Assembly: GCA_019828565.1 (NCBI GenBank)
Contig: JAHDYR010000015.1
Span: 111,826 to 175,825 of the forward strand
Source of the DNA: Carpediemonas membranifera BICM
Taxonomy: Eukaryota; Protista; Fornicata
Direction: 5' to 3'
DNA length: 64,000 nucleotides
Shown: positions 1-11,600 of the stretch, in pieces
Layout of the letters: each line of letters opens with the position of its first letter
How positions within the stretch are numbered: the stretch's first letter is position 1
The notes under the pieces: generated by a model
The model's database searches: none
Seen by the model: the letters and a program-made list of their open reading frames with translations, nothing else
What the model was told of the DNA's origin: nothing
Translations under genes and position numbers: made by a program

Positions 1-1
1 C

Positions 2-1522
2 TGCTTCGACATCAAGCGGGTCGGTGTCGCGTGTCTTGCATCCGTGACCCCCTTTTTGTCACAGCATATGGTCGACACGGAGGTCATGGCCACGTTCAAC
101 ACCCTCACACACGACCCGCAGTGGCTCATCCGCCGTATAGCTATCGCTGCTCTCCCCACCATCGCCCAGGCTGTCTCAGACGACGTTGTGCAGGACCTGG
201 CGTCGTCCTTCCTCGCCCTGTGCGGCGACGACTCAGAGTGGGTCCGTAAGTCGACTCTCATAGCCACCCCGCCGTTCCTACGGGCCTTCCTGCCCGACCA
301 GGAGTATCACGACTCCTCGGCCGTCCTGGGGGGCACCCCGCGGCGATCCCGGGTCGGCCTGACTTCCGCTCTGACACCGCCCGACATATTCGTCGACATC
401 GTCTCTGTGCTGCCGTGGGGGAAGACCCACCTCATCTACGACCAGAGCGGGGTGGTGGTCGACGTGCTCCCCCCGCCCCAGCCCGACGACGAGCTCGACA
501 CGCTGTCCCACTCCCCGCCGCCGGACAGCGACGCCTCCCTGACAGACTATGACTCGGACACCGACTCTGAATACGACGAGACCGACCTCTACCTGCTGAC
601 ACCAAGGAACAACGATGGCGAAGCGACGGACAACAACTGCTACCCCGGACACCGCGCCCCCGCGTGCACCAAGGCCGCCATGGACCCCGAGCTGACGCTG
701 GTGTCGGGCGAGGCCGCCTGGCTCATCCTCCAGCTGTTCGGCCCAAGCGCGTGGCCCAAGCTCCAGCCAATGGTCACGGCCATCGCACACCACCCGACCA
801 ACTGGGCCGTCCGCATTGGCGTGGCGCGGCACCTGCATGAGCTGGCGACCCTGTTGATGGACCAGACGGGCCCGGCTTACTGGTGGAACCTGTTTGAGCT
901 GTTTATCACGGATGTGGACGAGCTGCGCCAGACTACCCTCACCCACGCCGTCGCCTTCTTCAGGGCATTCAAGCCCGGCGCCTCTGTGGCCGGCTTCCCC
1001 GTGCACACCCTGATCCCCCAGGTCCTCAGCGCCGTCATCAGCGACGGGGACGCCTGGAGGTGTCGCACCGCGGCCATCAGGATCGTCACGGATCTCTGCG
1101 GCGTCTTCCCCGACCTGACTGACAGTCTAGACATGGCCAGCACCCTCGTGGCCGCGTGTGAGGACCCCATATTCTCCGTCCGCCAGGCAGCAGCAGAAAC
1201 TATCGCCCAACTCGCACCCCAGACCGGTGAGCCGCAGATTATCCTGCAGTACGACATGCTGATCCAGTCTTTACTCCGGGGTGGGGCCGCGGACTTCTAC
1301 ACGGGCCTCGAGGTGCTCCGGGCGATGGACTGGGACCACGAGGCGTTCTCTCGGTACGCGGAGATGGTCTATGACAGGTGTATGGACGCCGACGTCGGTA
1401 TCAGGGTCAAGGTGGCCGGGTTCGTCGGCTTTGTGCTCGAGCGGGGCGGTGCTGTTGCGGACGAGGTGACGGAGGGACTCAGAGCAGAGGGCAGCGCCTC
1501 GATCAGGAGGTTCCTGGGCTAG
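2..1522 (+). CDS. HEAT-repeat protein, PP4R1/PP2A-A-like phosphatase regulatory subunit (5' partial)
   Basis: Frame is open from the window edge. HEAT-type motifs DPQWLIRR, DDSEWVRKS, WAVRIGVA, DAWRCR and EDPIFSVRQAAA, with an acidic insert as in PP4R1. Confidence 0.7.
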   Translation, partial: CFDIKRVGVACLASVTPFLSQHMVDTEVMATFNTLTHDPQWLIRRIAIAALPTIAQAVSDDVVQDLASSFLALCGDDSEWVRKSTLIATPPFLRAFLPDQEYHDSSAVLGGTPRRSRVGLTSALTPPDIFVDIVSVLPWGKTHLIYDQSGVVVDVLPPPQPDDELDTLSHSPPPDSDASLTDYDSDTDSEYDETDLYLLTPRNNDGEATDNNCYPGHRAPACTKAAMDPELTLVSGEAAWLILQLFGPSAWPKLQPMVTAIAHHPTNWAVRIGVARHLHELATLLMDQTGPAYWWNLFELFITDVDELRQTTLTHAVAFFRAFKPGASVAGFPVHTLIPQVLSAVISDGDAWRCRTAAIRIVTDLCGVFPDLTDSLDMASTLVAACEDPIFSVRQAAAETIAQLAPQTGEPQIILQYDMLIQSLLRGGAADFYTGLEVLRAMDWDHEAFSRYAEMVYDRCMDADVGIRVKVAGFVGFVLERGGAVADEVTEGLRAEGSASIRRFLG

Positions 1523-1952
1523 GCGAATTTATTTATATGGATTGAGGTAAATCGATCGCGAGGACTTACGATATTTTGTTTCTTAGTTCATGGCCACAGG
1601 CAGTGAGGACGGTGACAGGTCATGCGCGTCGACGACGTGAAGAGCTCGCTGAAGGTGGCTTTTGAGGCGCCCCACCCGAGGCCAGGTAATCATGTTGCTG
1701 AACTCAACGTCACGTGGCTCGGCCGGCTCGAGCCAAGTGTGGCAGTGAGTGAAGCAAGCGAAAGCTGATCAGTCTCGACCCACGCCTCGTCGCCGAATAT
1801 GAGCGCTACCACCATGCTCCACTGTGGCATTCCGGGGCTGTCATGCTGTCGCCACTTGTCAGCATTCGACTTGGATGACTTTGTCGAGTTATCGAGGCAA
1901 GCGATGGAGCGACGATGCCCAAGGTTCGCGGTTTCCAGCAATTCTCACATAG

Positions 1953-3286
1953 ATGATGTGTAGCAACAGCAGAAACACCACTACATCGCGATTCCCTAAT
2001 ATAGCACGCCTGACGCGTTTGATGCGATACTTCCATGATTACACAGCCAGTGGTACGCCGATCACCGTCCAGGACCTCGAGCAGGCCATCCAGTACCTTC
2101 TCAGCAGGAGCATAGAACCCAAAAAGTTGACGATGGAGCTCACTGAGCCCGCCGTTACACTCACGATGGTGCGTAGCAGACTCGAAGCCGACCGGATGAC
2201 CTCGAGAAGGCTAACGCCACGCGCGCTGAGATGAACGCCGTCCTGGCCCGCCGCACGCCGCAGCTCGTCCGGCTCTGCCCCGAGCTGGAGGCTCTCACCG
2301 CACCGTCGGCCAGTCTCTTCACCGAGCTGCGTGAGATGGGGCTGGCCCACCTCATGGACCTCCCCGAGATGCGTGCCGGCCTGCCGCTATCTGACTTTAC
2401 TGTCGAGTCGACCGTCAGCGAGAACAGAGCGCTGTGCCAGATTGTGACCCGCGACGGTCAGATCTACTTCGCCAAGACATTCAAGCTCGACACCGAGCAC
2501 CAGCGCAAGCTCTGCGATCGTGAGGCTGGCATCCTGTCGCGCACATCGCACAGCCCCGCCGTGCCCAGGCTGCACTTCGTCCTCGTCGACAGAGCCGCAC
2601 TGACCTGCACGACAGCCAGGGTGTGCAGGACGCCCTCCGCGCCGTGCTCGAGGACGACGAGACACGCCGCCGCTTTGCCTTCCACATGTTCGGCGGCCAG
2701 CTCCCCCAGCCCGGCTCCGTCGGCGTGACCCTCCACGACCACCACCGCGTGTACGCCGACTGCGAGGGCAGCGCCCACCTCCCTCGTCTGGATGACGCCG
2801 GCCAGATGCGCCAGACGGTGCTCGACTCGGCCCCAGCCGCAGCAGGCGCGGCAGCCGAGTTCTACGTCATCCCGCGGCGCCAGCAGGCATACTCACGCGC
2901 CGAGATCAGGACGCTCGTCGAGCAGAACGACATCCTGCAGACGTGCCGCCTGGTCACGCTTGGCAGAGGCGCCGCTGTGGACGTCCCTGTCATCCCCCGC
3001 TGCCCCACATGCGGACCTGGACAGCTGCAAGATGTCGTACTGTCGGTGCGGCCAGGACTTCTGACACAAGTGCCTGCTCCGCGTGGCCAACCAGGAAGAG
3101 CACATGGCCCACTTCGGCGGCGAGTGCGAGATGGCACCGCGCCAGACAGTCGACCTGCCCGATGGCGTCGCGAGGCAGCGCACCGTCACGTGCCCCCACT
3201 GCCATCGATCAGCCACGGTCAGCGTGAACCGGAGGCAGGTCACGTGCCGCGGGTGCAGCCGGACCATTGACGCGGGAGCATTATAA
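1953..3286 (+). pseudogene. Fragmented kinase N-lobe plus RBR/IBR-like zinc-finger gene remnant
   Basis: Kinase-like YFAKTFK...REAGIL...VPRLHF (2231-2620). Cys clusters CPTC, CKMSYCRCGQDF*HKC, CPHC and CRGC are split over several frames, with an in-frame TGA at 3062-3064. Confidence 0.45.
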
Positions 3287-3983
3287 AGTAGTTCATTCTT
3301 CCCGGCCACGTCCACCTCGACGAGCACCCTCCGCTCGTCAAGGCTCGACTGGCACAAAACCGGTCTGACCGATCTGGCCGATACGGTAACGCACATGGTG
3401 CTCCCGCATCGGAATGGTGTCAGGGTGGACTGTGGTCCAGAGCGTCAGATCCTCATGGATACTGACCAGATCGAACAGATCGCAGATGATCATTACGTCG
3501 GTCGTTAGACGCAGGGTCGCCATCATCGGACGTCGGGTTGCCGCCTCGTGCTCGAAGTGAGGTGACGCAGGGAGCGCTGGCAGGGTCTGGGTCGTACCAA
3601 CTGACATGCATCCATCCGGGTCTAACTATATGTCCTCACCTCAGTTATCATATGGACGTGGCCGCGTGGGTCACCCCATGGCGGACCTCAACTATGCCGC
3701 CATGTGCCATCGCTTTTCTACGGTCGCGAAAGTCTCGCGGACAGTAAATATCCTTTCCCCATTGGCTTTTTACAGCGGATGAGAGTGGGAATGAGTGGGA
3801 CCAAGTTGAAAGGAAGGAAGTATGACAGCTCTTGGTGCCGATGAACCTCCGCGGCGGTTAGCAGCTTCTCAATGCACAGTTGAGGTACAGAGCATGGCAC
3901 GCGCCTGGTTGCCACCATCCCGCAGTCATGGGCGGACACCATCCCATCATCAATTGATCATGACATGAAGACGGAACCGAATA

Positions 3984-4746
3984 ATGTTCCTGACGAGAAA
4001 CGAACATGATAAGGGCAACACATTCTCCCCAGAGGGCAGAATATTTCAGGTAGAATACGCAATTGAGGCTGTTAAGGTCCGTTTTGCTTGTTTCTTCATT
4101 TACTCAGCTTGGCTCCACAGTTGTGGGCATTCAGACAAAGAATGCAGTGATTATCGCATGTGAAAGGCGCAGTACCTCTCCTCTTCTCATTTCCTCAGCT
4201 GAGAAGCTCGTTGAAGTCGATGACCATGTCCTCGTGGCCATGTCCGGCCTCACCGCCGACGCACGCACTCTCATCGAGCACGCCCGTGCTGAGGCGCAGA
4301 ACTTCCGATTCAACTACAACGAGCCGATCACCGTGGGGCACCTGACCCAGTCTGTCTGCGACCTCTCCCTCCGCTTCGGCCACGACGAGGAGGACATCAT
4401 GTCGAGGCCCTTTGGTGTCGCCCTCCTCATCGGCGGCATAGACCCCCGTGAGGGACCCGTCCTATACCACACGGACCCTTCGGGCACGTTTGCCAAGTGC
4501 AAGGGCAAGGCTATCGGGGCGGGCTGTGATGGCGCCCAGCAGGGTCTCAACCGGGAGTACAAGGACGACATGACTGTCGAGGAGAGCGAGAAGTGCGTCG
4601 TCGGCCTGCTGAAGCAGGTGATGGAGGAGAAGCTGACGACGGAGAATGTGCAGGTCGTCCGGCTGTCGACTGACGGCATCCAGCACTATAACAGTGAGCA
4701 GATGCAGGGCATCATCGACAGCTTGCCGGCGCCAGAGCTGGAATAA
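3984..4746 (+). CDS. PSMA5: 20S proteasome subunit alpha-5; exons 3984-4076 and 4108-4746, 31-nt intron 4077-4107
   Basis: [31 protein letters not shown] joins in frame to LGSTVVG across GTCC...[15 protein letters not shown] and [10 protein letters not shown] are alpha5 signatures. Confidence 0.95.
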
Positions 4747-4857
4747 ATTTTTATTCGGGTTCCGTAGCTGAGACAAGGCCTCAGAAGCAGATTTGTTCAC
4801 GAGCTGATCTGGGTGTAAGGCCTTTGGCCGGTCATAGCCGCGGCTGTGACTTTTTTT

Positions 4858-5685
4858 ATGCAACGACAACTTTTTTCGCCGGAAAGACGGCGGAATTTCG
4901 CGTTCAGCCCAACCAAAGTCGATATGGTTATCGTGAGCTACACAGCGAAAGATGAGTCCGAAAAAAAACTCCAGGACCTTGCCGCGTACGCGGTCTGGAA
5001 CCTTATCGAGAGATACGACAGTTTCGCGTCTCTACCCGACGTCACGGCAATCCTGCCACAAGAATCCCTGGACAGGTTTACACCAGAGTGTTGTACTGTC
5101 GTTCTCCAGACTAGCGAGCTGTTCTGCCGGCTCATTTACATCTTGCAGGACTTGATGCGCCACAACTTCAAGCCCAACATCTTCTACGTCCTCACGGTGA
5201 ACACAGAGATCCTCGTCTACCTCTGGCTCAAGAATGCTATTACCGCGCACGAGGCGATACCCGCCGACGTGCTGAAGGAGCATGTGGAGGGCTGCCTTTC
5301 CGAGTACGTGGCATTCGTCGAGACCTGCCTCCACCTCAACTTCCAGGTACAGACGATCACTAATGAGTCGACTAAGGCCTTCCTCAACCAGTACCTTCCC
5401 GGTTATCGCCAGACTAACATGATGAAAATCAATGAAATCCCGGACCTCCCGCCCACGCTCAAATCGGTGCTCGACAGCTTCATCACCAGGTTTCGTGACA
5501 CACTGACGGGGTTCAAGGGCATTAGGGAGTTTGTGTCGCCCGAGGATTGCCCCACGTTGCAGCAGATCGCTGAAATGTTCTTCCGACTGTCGACAAGGCT
5601 CAGGAAGTTCGCGGGGGAGCATACAAATGCTAGGAGTAGCATCATGAACATGATGGAAGGGGTTAAGAAGGAGGGTGGTGTATGA
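4858..5685 (+). CDS. Hypothetical alpha-helical protein
   Basis: Long ORF with host-like codon usage and no recognisable motif. Start could be 4858 or 4924. Confidence 0.6.
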   Translation: MQRQLFSPERRRNFAFSPTKVDMVIVSYTAKDESEKKLQDLAAYAVWNLIERYDSFASLPDVTAILPQESLDRFTPECCTVVLQTSELFCRLIYILQDLMRHNFKPNIFYVLTVNTEILVYLWLKNAITAHEAIPADVLKEHVEGCLSEYVAFVETCLHLNFQVQTITNESTKAFLNQYLPGYRQTNMMKINEIPDLPPTLKSVLDSFITRFRDTLTGFKGIREFVSPEDCPTLQQIAEMFFRLSTRLRKFAGEHTNARSSIMNMMEGVKKEGGV

Positions 5686-5985
5686 TATCGTAAAGCATGG
5701 TGCTCTGTTTGGGTCGGCACCTGGTTTCCTCACATCGGCGGTGACCGTCTGCTGGCAAGTGGATGCACGTCTATCGAAATCACATTCCCCTGGATACATG
5801 CGCGGTGTGATGTACCGCACGGAGCTATGAAGGTTGCCTCAAACTGCTCCCCCCTAACACAGATCGGAGGGAAAATCAATTTGTTCGAGTCAGTCATGTC
5901 CAACCACTGTGCTCACGGAGTTTCAAGCGAATTACGTATCCTCATGTACTGCCGTAAATCGTTTCCAAAAATCACAGCGAAGGGG

Positions 5986-6615
5986 ATGTCCGACCTTTAC
6001 TGCGTGGAGCAGATCACAATCCCTTCAGACCTACCCGACATATTGAAACAATGGGTCAAGGCCGTCATTAGCAAGAAGCCTGATGATATCTTCGACTTTT
6101 CGGCGAAATACTTTGCTAAGCTCGCGGGGACAGTTCCCGAGGAGGATACGGATACGCGGATGGACATGACAACAATCAAGCAGATCAAGACCGCGCTCAC
6201 TGCGCTGGACGAGGAATATCACAACGACGCTGTGCCGCGCGAGGCCATTCTTGATGTAGTACAGGCGCATGAGTTCAGCAAGACTCTTGCGGACCGGATC
6301 CTGAAGCTGATTGAGCTGAACGACGGCGTGCTCACCGGCCGCGTCTTCTTTATCCTCCTGCTCGCACTCGCCTCGCCCGACCTCCTCGCCGCCGTTGAGC
6401 TGTCGTTCGCCGCTTTCTCACAGAGCAACGATGTGTATAAGCCGATCATTAGTGCGGATGACCTCGAGACGCTGTTCTCCGAGCTCCACTGCTACGACTA
6501 CCGCGTGACGCCCCTGGTCCTGGGAGAGGTCAGGGCCCTCATCGAGGACAACGACAGGAAGCCCATCTCATTCGGGGAGTTCCTCTCCAGCAACCTGGCC
6601 GACATGTTGCGATAA
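5986..6615 (+). CDS. Ropporin/radial spoke protein 11-like (RIIa dimerisation/docking domain)
   Basis: N-terminal YCVEQITIPSDLPDILKQWVKAVISKKPDDIFDFSAKYF matches the ROPN1L/RSP11 RIIa motif. Confidence 0.8.
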   Translation: MSDLYCVEQITIPSDLPDILKQWVKAVISKKPDDIFDFSAKYFAKLAGTVPEEDTDTRMDMTTIKQIKTALTALDEEYHNDAVPREAILDVVQAHEFSKTLADRILKLIELNDGVLTGRVFFILLLALASPDLLAAVELSFAAFSQSNDVYKPIISADDLETLFSELHCYDYRVTPLVLGEVRALIEDNDRKPISFGEFLSSNLADMLR

Positions 6616-6809
6616 TGCTTGTAAAGTTTGTTTATAGAGGGAGCTTGTGAGCTAGTATTGGGGGTTCACCCACCGAGATTGAACTGTGCCCGCCAGAGCA
6701 AGAGAGGGGAGGGCCATCATGGTGCTGATACTAGCGGTAGAGCCCTGCTTCGCTGTTTAGGCCGTTTATGTGAGTTACGTGCTCATCCATTAACGCTCGA
6801 AGCAAGTCC

Positions 6810-7853
6810 ATGGGAACGAAGAAGGCAAGTTACAAGGACTTCAAGCAGGGCAAATTCAAGGTTGGGAAGAAGATTAAGAAGTCTACGACGACTACAGACA
6901 TCAACGTGCAGTCTGTGAGGCTCAACGTCCTCGATCAGCATCTTGACGACGAAATCACGGACCCCGTTACCATTCGTGGCATCGGGCTCTCAACACTGTG
7001 CAAAAGAAGCCGTTTCACGACTCATTACAAGCAGCGCAAGGACGCGCTTTCCCTGATCAACGAGCTTGTTTCTTCCCGGCCGGCCGACCTCGATTCCCGC
7101 TGGGCAGAGGTCCTCGAGGCCGGCGCCACGGCCCTCGCTGATGCAAACCACGTTGTTCGAGAACAGGCGTCGATAACAACCCAGGCCGCGCTTCGCGCCT
7201 GCCCCTCATCTGTCCTCTCTGCCTCTAGCTTCCTCCTCGATGCCCAGCTCCATGCCGGCCTCACCCATGTCAATAGACGCGTGCAGCTGGTAGTACTGGA
7301 CGTTGTCGACGTTCTTCTGAAGACTCACCCGTCTGAGCGTCTCAAGCTTGCCCGCCTCGTTGCCCCACTCGTCTCGTTGGCCATGCTCGTCGACCCACCG
7401 GAACCGCGGGCCATCGAGCTCCTCAGCCACCTGTGCACCGGCCGCGAGGAGAATGGCGTGGCAGGGCCCATGTGGCGCCAGGACCGACCCGACCTGCCCG
7501 AGCTCAGCCTCGAGGACATCCGGACGGACCGGACAGTCACACCCGCGACAGCGCTGTTTGATGCACTCAAGATGGACGCGTTGCTGAGCCATGCCCGCAT
7601 TGCCATGGCAGACGGCAAGTCCGCCCGGGTTGACCAGCTCGTATCCCTCGGGGCCAGGGCAATCGGGGCCAAGCTGTCCGCCGCAGTGGCGGCACAGGCC
7701 GTGTGTGCGATTACCGGTCAGTCGTGCGACCGGCCCAGTGTGGCTGAAGCGGACACGTTCCTTGGGGCGATGACGGGGGTGGGGGACCTCGGACGGCAGG
7801 CGCGGCAGGCAGTGGACACTGTTCGGCGACTCAGGGCTAAGATCAATGTGTAA
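6810..7853 (+). CDS. IPI1: Pre-rRNA processing protein IPI1/TEX10-like
   Basis: DFKQGKFKVGKK N-terminal motif and HYKQRKDAL followed by ARM-like repeats (Ipi1_N). Confidence 0.75.
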   Translation: MGTKKASYKDFKQGKFKVGKKIKKSTTTTDINVQSVRLNVLDQHLDDEITDPVTIRGIGLSTLCKRSRFTTHYKQRKDALSLINELVSSRPADLDSRWAEVLEAGATALADANHVVREQASITTQAALRACPSSVLSASSFLLDAQLHAGLTHVNRRVQLVVLDVVDVLLKTHPSERLKLARLVAPLVSLAMLVDPPEPRAIELLSHLCTGREENGVAGPMWRQDRPDLPELSLEDIRTDRTVTPATALFDALKMDALLSHARIAMADGKSARVDQLVSLGARAIGAKLSAAVAAQAVCAITGQSCDRPSVAEADTFLGAMTGVGDLGRQARQAVDTVRRLRAKINV

Positions 7854-8052
7854 ATACTTGCGGTTAGGGTGGTGTGTGTGGAAAGGAGTGTTATGTGGGA
7901 CTCAAGAAACGGACGGATGGGACATGGACCACCGACCACGAGCAAAAGGATACTTCGGTCTCAGACAACGAGTAGATATGTATACCTACCAGCAGCTGCC
8001 ACAATCGGCCTGTTGCGCAGTATAAACACATTGTTTGACCCTTCAATAGCAC

Positions 8053-8772
8053 ATGGCCAAACCGCTTAAACTGCACCGCAATTCAGACATGGGGCTTTCC
8101 AAGAAGACTGGGGCTATCACGAAGAAAAAGAGAAACAGCACCCGTAAGACAAAGAATGCACGTGAAATATCGAGGAAAGAGGTCGATCTCAGCGAAGTCC
8201 TTGGGCGCGCCCGTGCACAGCTGCAAGCTGTGAAAAATCTGATGGCAAATAGCGACAATGCAGAGGGGATTGAGAATGAATTGCACGAATTAGAAGCTGA
8301 CAAGGTAGCACTAGCGTCAGAACTTCAGAAGTCCAACAAGGAGCTCAAAGCTCTCGAAAAGGAGATCCGCGCAGCACAATCAGAGACTAATGACCTCGAG
8401 AAAGCGAACAAGAACCGTGCCAAGCAAGAGCGCGACCAAGAAGCGAAGCTACAGCTCTCTCTGGACCAGGTCGACGCCAAGGCGCGCATCCTCGCCGAGC
8501 TGATCACCGGGCACCCCATGGAAGGCCAGGCCCAGGATACTGGGCCCATGGCGCTGCGGCTGGAGTACGAGGGCAACAGCGGGACCATGGCCATCATCCC
8601 GGGCAAGGACGGGGCGGTGCTCCTGCAGATCGAGAGCGACACTGTTGAGCTCCCAGAGGAAGTCGAGGTGCAGGCCGGCAGCATGCGGAGTGTGTTTGCG
8701 TACGTGGCGAGTGTGATGACGGGGACGGTCGAGGAGGGGGCTGTGGGGTCAGATGACGGGGGGGACCCATGA
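8053..8772 (+). CDS. Hypothetical protein: basic N-terminus, coiled coil, small C-terminal globular domain
   Basis: Heptad-rich segment of about aa 45-150, followed by a beta-rich tail. Confidence 0.65.
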   Translation: MAKPLKLHRNSDMGLSKKTGAITKKKRNSTRKTKNAREISRKEVDLSEVLGRARAQLQAVKNLMANSDNAEGIENELHELEADKVALASELQKSNKELKALEKEIRAAQSETNDLEKANKNRAKQERDQEAKLQLSLDQVDAKARILAELITGHPMEGQAQDTGPMALRLEYEGNSGTMAIIPGKDGAVLLQIESDTVELPEEVEVQAGSMRSVFAYVASVMTGTVEEGAVGSDDGGDP

Positions 8773-9208
8773 GGATGGGGTGAGGACGAGAACAGTGGGC
8801 AGAGAGCACTTAGCACAGGCGTGTAGTGGAGACAGCATTAGTTTATTCTGTCAGTGGAGGCTGGGCGCGTGTCTGCCCATAGGACAGAATCCGTTTTCAA
8901 CACGAGTCACTCCAAATCCAATTCGACTTAAATCAAGTCTGGTACGGTCATATTGCTGCAATCGAAGTGATGAATGTATTATGACATTGAATGCACCTTT
9001 TTCGATCAATCTTTGAGCACCATTTTTTTGGCAGATTTTTGAGTCAATCAAAAATTCTACAAAAAAGGAAAAGGGGTCAGACTAGTAGTGTGCGCCCATG
9101 CCCCGTATTGGGCGGCCTTATGTTCGGGTCCTCATGTTTTCTTTTTCTCGCTTTCCTTTTCTGGCAAAACGACAAAAAGCGCGCAAACGCTAGATACCTC
9201 CAGGTCGC

Positions 9209-9736
9209 ATGTCCACGCCTAGAATCAAGCTGATCAACCCTATCGAAGAGTGGAGTGAAGGTGACGTCTGCAGCTGGCTTAACGGCATCAAGATGCGCCA
9301 CCACGCTGAAGTTTTCCGCAAGAACGGCATCAACGGCCGCGCTCTTCTTCGCCTTACTGAAGAGGATCTTCTTAATTCTCTTAACGTAACCAAACTCGGT
9401 GAGCGCCGCTCGATTCGCTATGAGATTGATAACCTCGAGAACTGGATGGGCTGGCTCTGGCGTGAGGAGGTCAACGGCACCACCATCGAGGCCCTTCTGA
9501 CCCTCTCCGCCAACAAGATGATCGCCCTCACCTGTGTCCGCCTCGAGCCCGTTCACGAGCCCGTCCAGGGCACTTGGACTTTCACCAAGCTCAACGACAC
9601 TGGCGACGTCACCCAGGTCGTCAAGTTCACCACCGACGTCAACTACGAGGGCGAGAAGTCCCGCAACATCATCAGGCTGCCCTGCCCCGTGTCCGATGTC
9701 GAGGCCACCTTCCAGGCCGCTGAGCCGCAGGAGTAA
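9209..9736 (+). CDS. SAM (sterile alpha motif) domain protein
   Basis: WSEGDVCSWL...FRKNGINGRALLRLTEEDL...KLGERRSI is a classical SAM domain. Confidence 0.85.
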   Translation: MSTPRIKLINPIEEWSEGDVCSWLNGIKMRHHAEVFRKNGINGRALLRLTEEDLLNSLNVTKLGERRSIRYEIDNLENWMGWLWREEVNGTTIEALLTLSANKMIALTCVRLEPVHEPVQGTWTFTKLNDTGDVTQVVKFTTDVNYEGEKSRNIIRLPCPVSDVEATFQAAEPQE

Positions 9737-10001
9737 CCCCGTTGTAAAATCATTTCGTTCTTGTTGGAGCCTGTTGAGAGGATGGAGGCAAGTGAAGCAG
9801 AAGATGGTGGGTGATTTGTCGGAAGCCGATGAATCAACGGAATCATTACAATTTTCGAGTCCAGAAGAGTCGTTCGGAAACTCATCAGTCTCCTGTCTTG
9901 GCGCCTCTATACCCCCTGGCATGCTGATTTGGAGTCGGGATGACTTACTTTTCGATCGTGACATAACCTGCACTGCAGGCAACCCTGTCTCACCTGAAAC
10001 C

Positions 10002-11600
10002 ATGTCTTCAACCGTTGGCGCCATTTTCGCCGCCTTCTTTACTGTCACAGGCATTGTGGCATCATTATCCTTCAGTTTATGGTATCTTATCGCGTTCCAA
10101 CACCCGGAAGACAAGTTTCGTGCTTGGATTCCGAAGTCTGTCATCGTCACGAGCATGTTCATGGCCCTTTTCACTATTTTCCTACTCCCAATCGACATAT
10201 CCTTTGCTGATTTCGACCTCTTCCCCTTCCTCTTCGTGTGGGTGGCAGTCGCTGCAGTCGACGTCATCCTGCTGCTCTTCGTCCTCCCCTTCGCCATCAT
10301 CTACTACGAGTCACTCGACACGAAGCCCAACATCATCAAGCAGCTTCTCAAGTCCGTCCTCGCGGCAACCGTTGTACTTGCCATCTTTGCCGCAGTCACC
10401 GTCGTCACGTGGCTCGTCTTCGGCGAGGCCCACATCCCCGTGCAGACGTACTCCTCGGACCTCGTCGCCTACTCGACCTTCACCGCCGCAGACCTGACCA
10501 CGCTGACCCTCAACCACTCCGTGTCAGACGCCACCGTCCGTCTCAACCTCCTGCTTCACCTCCACGTCATAGCCTTCGCCTCGGTCGTCGGCATGGTCCT
10601 CTTCATCATCTTCGCCTCAGTGGGGGCCGTGGCAATCCCCATGGACCTCATCAGCGAGTGGAGGTACCGGCCCCGCCCCTTCTCGAACGACAGAGTCGCG
10701 CAGTTTAGGATCGTATTCAGGAGTAGGGCGATGATGCTCAAGGAGATAGCCCAGAAGCACTCGGACGACATGAGGGAGCGGCGCGAGGAAACTGTCAACG
10801 GTAACAAGAAGCGCAAGCTCACCAGGGCTGAACGAAAGCTCCCGGTCAGAGTGCAGGAGGCCTCCCGCCAGCTCGAGAAGGAGTACGAATACGTCCAGAT
10901 CTCTACGGGCGCCAAGAGATACCTCCCCCTCCTCTACTGGGGCAAGCTCGCCCTCGCCGTCGTCCTCCTCTGCCTCAGCGTCGTGTGGATGGTCCACCTG
11001 GTGCTCTTCATGCTGCCCGCCGACCCCCTCCACCCAGGATTGAATCTGATTTTTAGATCCACAGAAGATTTCCTGCCATTCCTCGGCACGGCCCTTTACA
11101 GCGTCTTCGGGGTCTACCTCCTGGCCTGCACGGTGAAGGGCGTCACTCGCCTGGGCACCCGCATCCTGCTGTTCGCCAACATCCATCCCCTCGAGAAGCA
11201 CCAATCCTATTGTAACACGCTGATGTTCAACGCCATGGTCATGCTCCTCATCAGCCTCGCCCTCGTCCGCTTCCTGTGTACGTCGTTCAGTGTTTATACA
11301 AGGGCGACCAGCGCAAATGTTTTATTTAACGGGATCTTCGACAATATCTCATACGTGAGACACGCCTTCCCCTGGGCATACTTCGCTATGCCGTTCATCT
11401 CGGTCGTCTCAGTCATTCTCCTGCTGATTTTCCCCCATAAGAACGAGCTGGTCGATCGTCTGCTGCAACGGGACCTGACCAAGGCGATCGGCACCGCCAC
11501 CAAGGGCAGGAAGGGAGAGAGGTTCATTGACTCCATCAAGGACGTGCGGAAGCTGAGATTGGGCAAGCCGAGGCAGCGGGGGGCCGATGATAATGTGTAA
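10002..11600 (+). CDS. LMBR1-family multi-pass membrane protein
   Basis: FQHPEDK, LLPIDIS, LPFAIIYYES and IPMDLI..W..RP motifs, with 9 hydrophobic segments in a 5+4 arrangement. Confidence 0.85.
   Translation: MSSTVGAIFAAFFTVTGIVASLSFSLWYLIAFQHPEDKFRAWIPKSVIVTSMFMALFTIFLLPIDISFADFDLFPFLFVWVAVAAVDVILLLFVLPFAIIYYESLDTKPNIIKQLLKSVLAATVVLAIFAAVTVVTWLVFGEAHIPVQTYSSDLVAYSTFTAADLTTLTLNHSVSDATVRLNLLLHLHVIAFASVVGMVLFIIFASVGAVAIPMDLISEWRYRPRPFSNDRVAQFRIVFRSRAMMLKEIAQKHSDDMRERREETVNGNKKRKLTRAERKLPVRVQEASRQLEKEYEYVQISTGAKRYLPLLYWGKLALAVVLLCLSVVWMVHLVLFMLPADPLHPGLNLIFRSTEDFLPFLGTALYSVFGVYLLACTVKGVTRLGTRILLFANIHPLEKHQSYCNTLMFNAMVMLLISLALVRFLCTSFSVYTRATSANVLFNGIFDNISYVRHAFPWAYFAMPFISVVSVILLLIFPHKNELVDRLLQRDLTKAIGTATKGRKGERFIDSIKDVRKLRLGKPRQRGADDNV

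Noticed and set aside
9534-10001. N-terminal extension of the 688-aa ORF overlapping the SAM gene
   Set aside because: Alternative-frame read-through of the SAM gene and the intergenic DNA. LMBR1 homology starts at Met 10002.
9077-10300. 407-aa minus-strand ORF, and similar long antisense ORFs (18118-19143, 32634-34019, 40635-42308)
   Set aside because: Shadow ORFs opposite well-supported genes, caused by high-GC3 codon bias.
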